Shown here in pieces: positions 17,098 through 26,538 of a DNA stretch of 64,000 nucleotides. The DNA is from Planctomycetota bacterium. Its GTDB lineage: Bacteria > Planctomycetota > UBA1135 > UBA2386. Position numbers and translations under genes: made by a program. Under the pieces are notes generated by a model that was given only the letters and a program-made list of their open reading frames with translations, searched no databases and was not told the origin of the DNA. Positions within the stretch are counted from its first letter, which is position 1. Each line of letters begins with the position of its first letter. The stretch lies in contig OZ245838.1 of assembly GCA_965228735.1 (NCBI GenBank), positions 5,920,001-5,984,000 on the forward strand. Direction: 5' to 3'.

Positions 17098-19099
17098 AAC
17101 ACTTCGACGCCGACGTAAGCGCAAGCCAGCAACCACTCTCCGTCACCGAGGCGAGAAAGCCCCGCGGAATCCGGGTCGTTGCCGTCGGCTCTTCGATGAT
17201 CGCCGGGCCGGGAACCCGCGCCCCGATCGGCAGTTCATCGCGCGCGAGGATGCGGAGCGCCGGCCCGCCGATCGGTGGCCGGCGCTCCGTTCCGCCCCGG
17301 ACGGTCCGCGCAGCGCGCGTCGTCTTTTCGTTCGAGCCAGCGCGCGCGATACGCCGCGCCGGCAATTCGCCGCGCGCGGTGACGCGCACGATCTCGAGCG
17401 GCGCGTCGACGGCGAATCCGAAGCGGCGTTCGTGCTCGCGCGCGAACCGTCGAGTCAGGTCCCCGCGGAGCGGCAGCGCGATGCCGCCGCCCTGGCCGCG
17501 ATAGCGCACGGTCACCACGACGCGCACCCGCGCGCGTTTGCCGCCGTCGGTGTCACGGTCGAGTTCGGCGCGCACGGCGTTCGTGAGCTCGGTCGCGAGG
17601 TGACGCAGCGTCCGCTGATCGGTGGGGCTCGAACCGAGGCGCACGGCGCGGGCGTGTTCGACCGATTCGCCGGCGAGCGCGAGCCCGACGGCCGACAGCG
17701 CCCCGGGGTTCGGCGGCACGAGTGCGCCCGGCAGACCGAGTCGCTGGACGAGGCCCGCGGCGTGCAGGGCGCCGGCGCCGCCGTATGGCACGAGCGGGAC
17801 GTGCGCCGGGTCGACCGCGCGCTCTGCCGTGATCACGAGAATGGCGCGCGCCATCGCGATGTCGGCGACCTCGAGGATGCCCTCGGCCGTGCGCGCCGTC
17901 GTCAGGCCGAGCTCGCGTCCGAGCCGTTCGATCGCGGCAACCGCGGCGTCGACGTCGATCGGGAACGCGCCGCCGAGCAGCGTGCCGGCGCCGAGATGAC
18001 CGAGCGCGACGTGGGCGTCGGTGACGGTGGGCAACTCGCCCTTGCCGTAGCACGCGGGCCCCGGGTCGGCGCCCGCGCTCTGTGGTCCGACGCGCAGCGC
18101 GCCGCCGGCGTCCGCGTACGCGATGCTGCCGCCGCCGCAGCCGACGGTGTGCACCGGGACCGAGGGCACGGGCAGCGGCAGGCCCGCGATCGTCGCCGCG
18201 TCGCCGTCCGCGGCCATCGGCTCGTCGCCGGACACGAGGCAGACGTCGGCCGACGTGCCGCCCATGTCGAATGCCGCAGCGCGGTCGTAGCCGACCTCGC
18301 GCGCCAGCTGGGCTGTCGCGAGCACGCCGCCGGCCGGGCCGGAGAACATCGCGCGCGTCGGGAACGCGGTCGCCTCGGTCGTCGGCATGATGCCGAGGCT
18401 GCTGCGCAGCAAGCGCAATCGCCCGTTGCCGACGCCGTTCGCCAACCGCGCCGTGTAGGACGACACGACGGGCGTGATCGCGGCGTTGAGGATCGCGGCG
18501 CAGAAGCGTTCGTACTCGCCGAACGCGGGCAGCAGTTCGGCGCTGCAGGTCACGGTCACACCCGGCAGCGCGCGGCGCAGGGCCCGCTCGATGCGGTGTT
18601 CGTCGCGCGGATCGGTGGGGGAGTGCAGCAGCCCGACCGCGATCGCGGCCGGTCGCAGCCTGGCGACGCGCGCGACGCAACGTTCGAGTTCGGCCGTGGT
18701 CAACGGCGTGCTCGCGCGGCCGTCGGGTTCGCGGCGGCAGTCGACACCGACGCGCAGGCGACGCGCCACCGGCGGCACGGCGCGGTGCGGCGCGAGCGCG
18801 TAGATGTCGTCGCGGTCCTGGCGGCCGATCTCGATCAGGTCCTCGAAGCCGCGATTCGTGACGAACACCGTTCTGGCCGAACGACCCATGAGCAGCGCGT
18901 TGAGGCCGACGGTCGTGCCGTGGATGACGTCGACCTCCTCGCTCGGGCTCCGGCGCACGGCGGCGAGACCGTCGAGCACGGCGCGGGCCGGGTCGTCGGG
19001 CGTCGACGGCAGCTTGTGGACGGCCAGGCCGCGGGGCGACCAACGCACGACGTCCGTGAACGTGCCGCCCGTGTCGATGCCGATGCGAATTGCGCCCAC
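17096..19099 (-). CDS. Hydantoinase A / 5-oxoprolinase subunit A family protein
   Basis: Motifs GIDTGGTFTD, HGTTVGLNA, SGPAGG, DMGGTSAD, GGGSIA, VGPQSAGADPGPACYG, PTVTDA. GTG start inferred. Confidence 0.92.
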   Translation of the reverse strand: MGAIRIGIDTGGTFTDVVRWSPRGLAVHKLPSTPDDPARAVLDGLAAVRRSPSEEVDVIHGTTVGLNALLMGRSARTVFVTNRGFEDLIEIGRQDRDDIYALAPHRAVPPVARRLRVGVDCRREPDGRASTPLTTAELERCVARVARLRPAAIAVGLLHSPTDPRDEHRIERALRRALPGVTVTCSAELLPAFGEYERFCAAILNAAITPVVSSYTARLANGVGNGRLRLLRSSLGIMPTTEATAFPTRAMFSGPAGGVLATAQLAREVGYDRAAAFDMGGTSADVCLVSGDEPMAADGDAATIAGLPLPVPSVPVHTVGCGGGSIAYADAGGALRVGPQSAGADPGPACYGKGELPTVTDAHVALGHLGAGTLLGGAFPIDVDAAVAAIERLGRELGLTTARTAEGILEVADIAMARAILVITAERAVDPAHVPLVPYGGAGALHAAGLVQRLGLPGALVPPNPGALSAVGLALAGESVEHARAVRLGSSPTDQRTLRHLATELTNAVRAELDRDTDGGKRARVRVVVTVRYRGQGGGIALPLRGDLTRRFAREHERRFGFAVDAPLEIVRVTARGELPARRIARAGSNEKTTRAARTVRGGTERRPPIGGPALRILARDELPIGARVPGPAIIEEPTATTRIPRGFLASVTESGCWLALTSASKC

Positions 19100-19160
19100 G
19101 GCGCGCAGGGTAGCCGGGCGCAGGGTAGCGGCAAACCGCGCAGCCGGTAACGTTCCGCGA

Positions 19161-19790
19161 ATGTCCCTCGGTATCGCCATCGTCCTCGCGTTCCTCCTCG
19201 GGGGCGTGCCGTGGGCGCTGGTGCTCGTGCGGGTGCTGAAGGGCGTCGACGTGCGGGACGTCGGCAGCGGCAACGTCGGGGCGACCAACGCGAGCCGCGC
19301 GTTCGCGAGCAAGGGCACGCGGGTCGCCGCGTTCGTGGCGATCTACCTGCTCGATGCGGCGAAGGGCTTCGTGCCCGCGATGTTCGGACCCGGGTTCGTG
19401 CCGGACCGGCCGGCGTTGCTCACGGGCGTGCTGCTCGGGGCCGCGGCGGTGCTCGGGCACGTCTTCACGCCGTTCCTGCGCTTCAAGGGCGGCAAGGGCG
19501 TCGCGACCGCGACCGGCGCGCTGTTCGCGCTCGACTGGGTCGCGACCGCGATCGCGATCGGTGTGTTCTTCGTCGTGCGGTTGGTCACCGGGCAGGTGTT
19601 CATCGGCAGCCTGGCGCTCGGCGTCGCGCTCGCCGCGGCGGCGATCCTGCTGCACCTCGACACGGCGTTCTCGGCGCGCCTGCCGGTCACGGTGCTGTGC
19701 TGCGTGCTCGGCGCGCTGCTGTTCTGGACGCATCGCAGCAACATCGCGCGGCACTTCGCTGGCTCGCCCTCCGAGGACTCCACGGCATGA
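19161..19790 (+). CDS. plsY: Glycerol-3-phosphate acyltransferase PlsY
   Basis: GSGNVGATN, LDAAKG, LGHVF, FKGGKGVAT, HRSNI motifs; multiple TMs. Confidence 0.95.
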   Translation: MSLGIAIVLAFLLGGVPWALVLVRVLKGVDVRDVGSGNVGATNASRAFASKGTRVAAFVAIYLLDAAKGFVPAMFGPGFVPDRPALLTGVLLGAAAVLGHVFTPFLRFKGGKGVATATGALFALDWVATAIAIGVFFVVRLVTGQVFIGSLALGVALAAAAILLHLDTAFSARLPVTVLCCVLGALLFWTHRSNIARHFAGSPSEDSTA

Positions 19791-20821
19791 AGATCGCGAT
19801 CCTCGGCAACGGCGGGTTCGGCACCGCGATGGCGCTCGTGCACCAGCAGGCCGGGCACGCGGTCGCGTTGTGGGGGCACGATGCCGAGTACACGGCGCAG
19901 ATCGCGAGCACGCGGCAGAACCCGCGCTACCTCGACGGTGTCGAGCTGCCGGCCGCGATCGCGGTCGACAGTGACCCGGAGGCCGTGCTGCCGGGCGCCG
20001 ACATCGTGCTCGTCGCGGTTCCGACGCAGCACGTTCGCGACACGCTGTCCACCCTCGCGCCGCACGTCGCCGCCGATGTGCCCGTCGTCTCGCTCGCCAA
20101 GGGGCTCGAGCAGTCGACTGGGCAACGGCCTTCCGAAGTGCTCACCGAGGTCCTCGACCACCCTGCCCGCATCTTCGCCCTCAGCGGTCCGAGTCACGCG
20201 GAGGAGGTCGCGCACGGTGTGCCGACGACGGTCGTCGTCGCGGGCAGCGACGAGTCACGCCTCTGCGAACTGCAGGATGCGCTGTCGGCGCCGACGTTCC
20301 GCGTCTATCGCAACGACGATCTGCTCGGGATCGAGGTCTGCGGCGCGCTCAAGAACGTGATGGCGCTCGCGGCCGGCATGGCCGACGGCCTCGGCTACGG
20401 CGACAACAGCAAGGGAGCGATCCTCGCGCGCGGCATCGTCGAGATGGCGCGCTACGGCCAGGCGATCGGCGCCAAGGAGTCGACGTTCTACGGCCTCGCG
20501 GGCGTCGGCGACCTCGCGGTCACCGCGTTCTCGCGCCACGGCCGCAACCGCGCGTTCGGGGAGCGCATCGGCCGCGGCGAGACCCTGCAGGAAGCGCTCG
20601 ATGCGTCGCCGAAGGTGGCCGAAGGCGTGTGGACCTCGCGCGTCGTCAACGCGAGCGTCGAACGCATCGGCGTCGAGATGCCGATCGCCACCGCGGTCGC
20701 GCGCATCCTCTTCGAGGGCCTGTCGCCGACCGACGCCGTCTCCGCCCTGATGGAACGCGACCCCAAGTCCGAAGGCGGTGGCGCCGTGGGGTCCGAACCC
20801 CCTGGATCTGGCGGCCGATGA
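19787..20821 (+). CDS. gpsA: NAD(P)H-dependent glycerol-3-phosphate dehydrogenase
   Basis: GNGGFGTA Rossmann motif, NPRYL, SGPSHAEE, GALKNV, GLAGVGDL, RNRAFG, EGV; ATGA overlap with plsY. Confidence 0.97.
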   Translation: MKIAILGNGGFGTAMALVHQQAGHAVALWGHDAEYTAQIASTRQNPRYLDGVELPAAIAVDSDPEAVLPGADIVLVAVPTQHVRDTLSTLAPHVAADVPVVSLAKGLEQSTGQRPSEVLTEVLDHPARIFALSGPSHAEEVAHGVPTTVVVAGSDESRLCELQDALSAPTFRVYRNDDLLGIEVCGALKNVMALAAGMADGLGYGDNSKGAILARGIVEMARYGQAIGAKESTFYGLAGVGDLAVTAFSRHGRNRAFGERIGRGETLQEALDASPKVAEGVWTSRVVNASVERIGVEMPIATAVARILFEGLSPTDAVSALMERDPKSEGGGAVGSEPPGSGGR

Positions 20822-20838
20822 CGCAGCTGGACTGAGCC

Positions 20839-22218
20839 GTGGTCTTCGCGTCGTTCGTCTTCCTGTTCTGGTTCGTCCCGGCGTTCTTCACGGTCTACTA
20901 CGCGGCGCCGGCACGCGCGCGCAACGTCCTGCTCACGGCCGCGAGCTTCGTGTTCTACGGCTGGTGGCGGCCGCACTACGTGCTGCTGATGCTGGCCAGC
21001 ACGGTGATCGACTACACCGCGGCACGCATGATGGGCGGCATCGAGGATCGGCGCCGGCGCCGGTCGTGGCTCGCGCTGTCGATCGTCAGCAACCTCGGTC
21101 TGCTCGCGTGGTTCAAGTACGCCAACCTCGTCGTCGACACGTGGGCGGACCTCACGGGTGCGCCCCTGCCGTGGGAAGAGGTGCTGCTGCCGATCGGCAT
21201 CTCGTTTTTCACGTTCCAGTCGATGAGCTACACGATCGACGTGTATCGCGGCGAGGTGAAGCCGGTGCGGTCGTTCCTCGATCTGCTGTGCTACGTATCG
21301 ATGTTCCCGCAGCTCGTCGCGGGACCGATCGTGCGCTACCGCGACATCGCGGCGTCGCTCGCGCGGCGGACCGTCGACTTCGTCAAGGTCAGTGACGGCG
21401 TCTTCCTGTTCGCGATCGGCTTCAGCAAGAAGGTGCTGATCGCGGATCGGGTCGCGCCGCTCGCCGACGCCGTGTTCGACGGCAGCGCGCCGGGGCTGCT
21501 CGCAGCCTGGGCCGGCGCGCTCGCGTACACGGTCCAGATCTACTTCGACTTCTCGGGCTACAGCGACATGGCGATCGGGCTCGGGCTGTTGCTCGGCTTC
21601 CGCTTCCCGAGCAACTTCCTGTCGCCGTATCGCAGTCACAGCATCACCGAGTTCTGGCGGCGCTGGCACGTGAGCCTGTCGACGTGGCTGCGCGACTACC
21701 TCTACGTGCCGCTCGGCGGCAACCGCAAGGGGGCTGCGCGGACCTACGTCAATCTCGCGCTGACGATGCTGCTCGGCGGTCTGTGGCATGGCGCGGCCTG
21801 GACGTTCGTGCTCTGGGGCGCGTGGCAGGGCCTGTTCCTGATCCTCGAGCGCGCGCTCGGGAAGAGCTCGCCATATGCGTTCCTGCCGCGCGGGCTGCAG
21901 GTCCTGTGCACGTTCGTCGTCGTCGTCCTCGGGTGGGTGATCTTCCGCGCGGATGGCCTCGGAGAGCTCGCGGGCATGTGGTCCGGGATGATCGGCGCGC
22001 ACGGTTTCGGCGCGCTGCCGGCCCTCGGGCAGACCGGCGACGTCGCGCTCGCGATGGGCGGTGTCGGGCTGCTCGTCGCGTTCGCGCTGCCGCGCAGCGA
22101 GGTGCTCGTCCAGCGCTTCCACCCGCTCGTCATGGTGTCGGCGTTCGGTTGCTTCCTGCTCGCGGTCTGTCAGCTGCTCGCGACGGACCACGTGCCGTTC
22201 CTCTACTTCCGGTTCTGA
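20839..22218 (+). CDS. algI: MBOAT O-acetyltransferase, AlgI/PatA/DltB family
   Basis: LPIGISFFTFQSMSY, FPQLVAGPIVRY, YFDFSGYSDMAIG, FWRRWHVSLSTWLRDYLY, GLWHGA, FLYFRF. Confidence 0.93.
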   Translation: MVFASFVFLFWFVPAFFTVYYAAPARARNVLLTAASFVFYGWWRPHYVLLMLASTVIDYTAARMMGGIEDRRRRRSWLALSIVSNLGLLAWFKYANLVVDTWADLTGAPLPWEEVLLPIGISFFTFQSMSYTIDVYRGEVKPVRSFLDLLCYVSMFPQLVAGPIVRYRDIAASLARRTVDFVKVSDGVFLFAIGFSKKVLIADRVAPLADAVFDGSAPGLLAAWAGALAYTVQIYFDFSGYSDMAIGLGLLLGFRFPSNFLSPYRSHSITEFWRRWHVSLSTWLRDYLYVPLGGNRKGAARTYVNLALTMLLGGLWHGAAWTFVLWGAWQGLFLILERALGKSSPYAFLPRGLQVLCTFVVVVLGWVIFRADGLGELAGMWSGMIGAHGFGALPALGQTGDVALAMGGVGLLVAFALPRSEVLVQRFHPLVMVSAFGCFLLAVCQLLATDHVPFLYFRF

Positions 22219-22220
22219 CG

Positions 22221-23468
22221 ATGACCGACGCAACGAACGAGCCGACCTCACGTCGACCGTCCCCGGAGAAGGCGACCCCGGATCAGCAGACTCCGGCCCA
22301 GTGGGCCGTGCGCTGGCACGGCGTCGTGCTCGCCGCGTTGCTCGTCGCGTCGGTGCCGGCGTGGCATCTGACCTGGCACACGGCCCTCGGCAACGACGAG
22401 CCGGCGATCCTCACCCGCAGCCAGGTGGATCGGCCGGCGTTCACGGTCGAAGGGGCGCTTGCCGGCACGTGGATGACGGCGCTCGAGCAGCATCTGCGCG
22501 AGGCGTCACCCGTGGTCTGGCGGCTGCGCGGGACCTGGAACGAAGCGCTGTATCGCTGCGGGATCGTGCAGAGCGCGAAGGTCGTTGGCGGTTCGGACGG
22601 ATGGCTGTTCGACCGCGGCACCGTGACGGCCGACGTCGCTTGGTTCGAAGCGCAGGGTGAGCGTCGACGCGCGTTCTTCCGGCGATTGCGCGATGCCGTG
22701 CGCGCGGCCGGCGCGGAGCTCGTCGTCAGCGTCGTTCCGGACAAGTGTCGCGTGCATCCGGAGCGCGCGTTTCCGGGCGGCCGGTTGCCGGCGACGAAGG
22801 CGCCGATCTACGAGATGGCGCTCGCCGAGTTGCGCGAGCTCGGGATCCCGGCAAGTGACGCGCTCCTCGTGATGGCGGCGATGCGCGCCGCGGCGCCGAA
22901 CGACGAGCTCTACTTCGCCCGGGACACGCACTGGCGCCCTCGCGGCGCCCTCGCGGCGGCGCAGGCGGTCGCGCAGACGATCGCCGGTCTCCCGGGGCTT
23001 GGCGAACTGTCGCCGCCGCGGGCGACCGAGCTCGCCGGCAGCAACACGTTCCGTGCCGTCGGTGATCTCGCGGTGAACCTCGGTCTGTTGACGGTCGGCG
23101 AGCGCGTTGGCGAACGGCTGCGGTCGGCGCCGGCGAGTGTGCTCACGGCGACGCTCGCCGAGGAGCGCGCCCGCTACGTCGTTTCGATGCAGGAGGACGG
23201 CGCGACGGTTCCCGTCCTCACGGACGATCCGGCGACCGAGGTCGTGCTCGTCGGCACGAGCTTCAGCGACGAGAACGGGGCCGAGGCGCTCGCGCTCGCC
23301 CTGCGGCGGCCGGTGCGCACCGTCATCGAGTTCGGCGCCGACGGCCTCGCCGGGCTGCGCGAGATCGCGGCCGAGCTCCGTGCCGGCACCGGCGCGCGGA
23401 TCATCGTCTGGGAGGTCGTCGAGCGCGGCCTCATGCACGATCGCTGGGACACGGTCCGGCTCGAGTGA
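22221..23468 (+). CDS. AlgJ/AlgX-like SGNH O-acetyltransferase
   Basis: N-terminal TM, GSDGWLF, VPDK, DTHW catalytic motif, GDL, GTSFS, WEVVER. Confidence 0.88.
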   Translation: MTDATNEPTSRRPSPEKATPDQQTPAQWAVRWHGVVLAALLVASVPAWHLTWHTALGNDEPAILTRSQVDRPAFTVEGALAGTWMTALEQHLREASPVVWRLRGTWNEALYRCGIVQSAKVVGGSDGWLFDRGTVTADVAWFEAQGERRRAFFRRLRDAVRAAGAELVVSVVPDKCRVHPERAFPGGRLPATKAPIYEMALAELRELGIPASDALLVMAAMRAAAPNDELYFARDTHWRPRGALAAAQAVAQTIAGLPGLGELSPPRATELAGSNTFRAVGDLAVNLGLLTVGERVGERLRSAPASVLTATLAEERARYVVSMQEDGATVPVLTDDPATEVVLVGTSFSDENGAEALALALRRPVRTVIEFGADGLAGLREIAAELRAGTGARIIVWEVVERGLMHDRWDTVRLE

Positions 23469-23495
23469 GCGGCGCGGCCGCCGGCATGGCGAAGG

Positions 23496-23584
23496 CGTAG
23501 CGACGATCGGGCCGATGGGGCACGATCGGCGCAGCCCCGTGGCGGAGACGTAGCGACGATCGGGCCGATGGGGCACGATCGGCG
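23496..23584 (+). repeat. Two identical 36-bp direct repeats (GTAG + hairpin, REP-like)
   Basis: CGTAGCGACGATCGGGCCGATGGGGCACGATCGGCG at 23496-23531 and 23549-23584, 17-bp spacer; internal stem CGATCGGGCC/GGCACGATCG. Confidence 0.85.
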
Positions 23585-23586
23585 GG

Positions 23587-25812
23587 ATGAACTGTCGATC
23601 GTCCGTCCGATCCGCCCTCTTCGCCATCGCTGCGCCCGCGATCGCCGCCGCGATCCCCGCGCAGGCGGCGACCGCGCCGCGGCAGCTCGAGCTCATCGAC
23701 CTGTTCCGCCTCGACTTCTTCATGACGGCCGGCGGCGAGGAGCCGGTCGGCTGGATCGATGGCGCGAGCTACGCGGTGTTTCCGGGGGCGCAGCCCGGCG
23801 GAGGTCCGACCTTGCTGTGGCGGCGCGTCGAGGCCGCGACCGGCAAGTCGGAGGCGTTGGTCGATCGGGACGCGTTGCGCGACGCACTTTCGGAGCATTG
23901 CGCCGAGGACGAGCTCGCGGCGATCGACGAGCAGGGAGCGTGGACGTGGAACGCGGACTACACGCGCTACGTCCTGGCGGTCGGCGGCGATCTCTGGAGC
24001 GGGAGTCGCAATGGCGCGCCGGTGCGCCTGACCTCGACACCTGACGAGGACGAGGTCGGCGTGCAGTTCTCACCCGATGGCCGGACGGTCGCGTTCATCG
24101 CCGACTACGACCTGCATGTCGTGCCGGCTGCCGGCGGCGACGTGCGCGCGCTCACGACCGAGGGGCACGCGGACCTGTTCTACGGCCGCCTCGATTGGGT
24201 CTATCAGGAGGAGCTCTACGGGCGCGGCAACTTCCAGGGCTACTGGTGGGCGCCGGACGGCAAGCACATCGCGCTGCTGAAGCTCGACGAGTCGCCCGTC
24301 GAGGAGTTCGTGCTCGTGCGGTCGCAGCCCGCTCGCCCGGAGATCGAACGCACCAACTATCCGAAGACCGGTGAGCCGAACCCGATCGTCGAGGTCGGGG
24401 TCATAGCGGTGGAAAGCGGGCAGGCGAAGTGGTTCGACCTGTCGCAGTATCCGGCGGACGATCGTCTCGTCGTGCGCGTGACATGGCACCCCGGGAGCGC
24501 GGAGGTGTTTTTGCAGGTGCAGAACCGCGAGCAGACGTGGCTCGACATGCTCGCGGGTCACGCGGGCACGGGGGCGGTGCGCAAGCTGTGGCGCGAGGAC
24601 AGCGATTGCTGGGTCGAGGCCGGCCCCGAGCCCGTCTTCGTGAACGACGGCGCCGAGTTCCTCTGGCTCAGCGAGCGCGACGGGTTCAAGCACATCTATC
24701 ACTACGAGAGCGCCGGCGAGCTGGTGCGCCAGCGCACGAAGGGTGAGTGGCAGGTGAAGGAGCTCGTGGCCGTCGACGAGCAGACCGGGCAGATCTTCGC
24801 GTTGACCGACAAGGACGGGCCGCTCGAGACGCAGCTGTGGTCGTTCGCGCTGGCGGGGGACGATGGTCGTCGGCTGACGGGCGAGGCGGGCACCTACGAG
24901 ATCGACATGGCGCCGGATCACGCGAGCTACATCGCGACCTGGAGTGCCGCGACGAGCCCGCCGGTGCGGTCGCTCATGAAGCCGGACGGCAAGGAGCCGG
25001 CCCGCGTGATCGCGGCGGTGCGCCGCGAGTTCATGCGGCCATACGGGCTCACCCCGCCGGAGTTCCTGCAGATCGGAACGCGCGACGGCTTCCCGATGGA
25101 GGCGATGCTGTTCCGGCCCTACGGGTTCGAGGCGGGCAAGCAGTATCCGGCCGTGCAGTTCTGCTACTCCGGCCCGCACGCGCCGCGCGTGCGCAACGAG
25201 TGGGGCTACCGCGACTACTTCTGGCATCAGTATCTCGCGCAGCGCGGCTACTTCGTGCTCGTGTGCGACAACCGGTCGGCGAGCGGCAAGGGGCGCAAGT
25301 TCGCGAAGGCGTGCTGGCGCAAGCCGGGGCAGAGCGAGCTGCAGGATCTCGCGGACGGTCGCGACTGGCTCGTCGCCCAGGGCGACGTCGATCCCGAGCG
25401 CGTCGCGATCTGGGGGTGGAGCTACGGCGGCTACCAGACGCTCTACAACCTGACGCACAGCACGAAGTGGGCAGCCGGCGTCGCGGTCAACCCGGTCACC
25501 GACTGGCGGCTCTACGACACGATCTACACCGAGCGTTATTTCGGGCTGCCCGCGACCAACGCGGAGGGCTACGAGAAGGGCAGCGTCACGGCGGCGGCCG
25601 GCCAGCTGCACGGCGACCTGCTGCTCATCGCGGCGACGATGGACGACAACGTGCACGTGCAGAACACGCTGCAGCTGCTGCACGCGTTCCAGAAGGCGGG
25701 CAAGGACTGCGATCTCATGCTCTACCCCGAGGTGCGGCACGGCATCGGCGACCTGCAGCAGCAGCTGCACCTGTTCGGCAAGTTCTTCCGGTTCCTGCAG
25801 GAGAGGTTGTAG
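23587..25812 (+). CDS. Secreted dipeptidyl peptidase IV (S9B family)
   Basis: Signal peptide IPA-Q; DWVYQEE motif, GWSYGG nucleophile, DDNVH, catalytic His in YPEVRHGI. Confidence 0.95.
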   Translation: MNCRSSVRSALFAIAAPAIAAAIPAQAATAPRQLELIDLFRLDFFMTAGGEEPVGWIDGASYAVFPGAQPGGGPTLLWRRVEAATGKSEALVDRDALRDALSEHCAEDELAAIDEQGAWTWNADYTRYVLAVGGDLWSGSRNGAPVRLTSTPDEDEVGVQFSPDGRTVAFIADYDLHVVPAAGGDVRALTTEGHADLFYGRLDWVYQEELYGRGNFQGYWWAPDGKHIALLKLDESPVEEFVLVRSQPARPEIERTNYPKTGEPNPIVEVGVIAVESGQAKWFDLSQYPADDRLVVRVTWHPGSAEVFLQVQNREQTWLDMLAGHAGTGAVRKLWREDSDCWVEAGPEPVFVNDGAEFLWLSERDGFKHIYHYESAGELVRQRTKGEWQVKELVAVDEQTGQIFALTDKDGPLETQLWSFALAGDDGRRLTGEAGTYEIDMAPDHASYIATWSAATSPPVRSLMKPDGKEPARVIAAVRREFMRPYGLTPPEFLQIGTRDGFPMEAMLFRPYGFEAGKQYPAVQFCYSGPHAPRVRNEWGYRDYFWHQYLAQRGYFVLVCDNRSASGKGRKFAKACWRKPGQSELQDLADGRDWLVAQGDVDPERVAIWGWSYGGYQTLYNLTHSTKWAAGVAVNPVTDWRLYDTIYTERYFGLPATNAEGYEKGSVTAAAGQLHGDLLLIAATMDDNVHVQNTLQLLHAFQKAGKDCDLMLYPEVRHGIGDLQQQLHLFGKFFRFLQERL

Positions 25813-26441
25813 TGGCGAGCGCGTTCGCAGGCCCGCTGTCGCAGTTCTACGGCCAGCCGGGAGACGACATGGAACGGCTCGTCGTCGGCATCGAGACGTG
25901 GCGCGCGGATCTGATCGGCTCGGTCGGGCAGAAGGTCGGTGACCAGCTCGACTGGGACGAACGGAACGGCGCCGCGATGCGCTGCGAGCTCGGCGCGTCG
26001 GGCTGGCTGGCGCTGCAGCTGTTCGCGTTCTACGCCGAGCGCACCGACCTCGAGATGCCGGACACCGTGCCGCCGCTTCTCGAGCTCGACAACGCCTGGC
26101 GCGCGGCGAAGGACGAGAAGTTCGCGCGCAGCCTCTACGGCCAGATCCTCGCGTGCAGCTGCTGGCTGCCCGGCGACTTCCCCGTGACGTTCCGCGTGCC
26201 GATGCCCGACGGCGACAGCGCGGAGATCGGCAGCACGCGCGTGCTCAGTGACCAGCTCAAGTGGCTCAACGAACGCACGTTCGCGGCCGATGCGACCGAG
26301 GTCGCGCGCTGGCAGAGCCTGCCCGCGGAGCCGAGCGGCGACCTGCTCGACGCGGCACGGCGCGGCTACGCGGGGCTATGGGTCGCGGTGCAGAGCGCCA
26401 TCGACGCCAAGGTCCCGCTGGCCGTGCGCGAACTGAAGTAA
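25812..26441 (+). CDS. Hypothetical protein (209 aa)
   Basis: GTG overlaps the TAG of the peptidase; strong codon bias; no motif recognised. Confidence 0.75.
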   Translation: MASAFAGPLSQFYGQPGDDMERLVVGIETWRADLIGSVGQKVGDQLDWDERNGAAMRCELGASGWLALQLFAFYAERTDLEMPDTVPPLLELDNAWRAAKDEKFARSLYGQILACSCWLPGDFPVTFRVPMPDGDSAEIGSTRVLSDQLKWLNERTFAADATEVARWQSLPAEPSGDLLDAARRGYAGLWVAVQSAIDAKVPLAVRELK

Positions 26442-26538
26442 GCCCGTACGGAACCTGGTTCATGCTGCCGGCCGCGAGCCCGTTGCCGCGCGGGCGGCGT
26501 TTCGGCGGCCGGCAGCATGAACCAGGTTCCGTACGGGC
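26442..26538. repeat. Inverted-repeat element family B, copy 2
   Basis: Perfect 34-bp inverted repeat (26442-26475 / 26505-26538) filling exactly the gap between convergent stop codons. Confidence 0.9.

Noticed and set aside
23496..23584. 36-bp direct repeats as a CRISPR array
   Set aside because: Only two units, a 17-bp spacer that is itself partly repeated, and no cas genes in the window.
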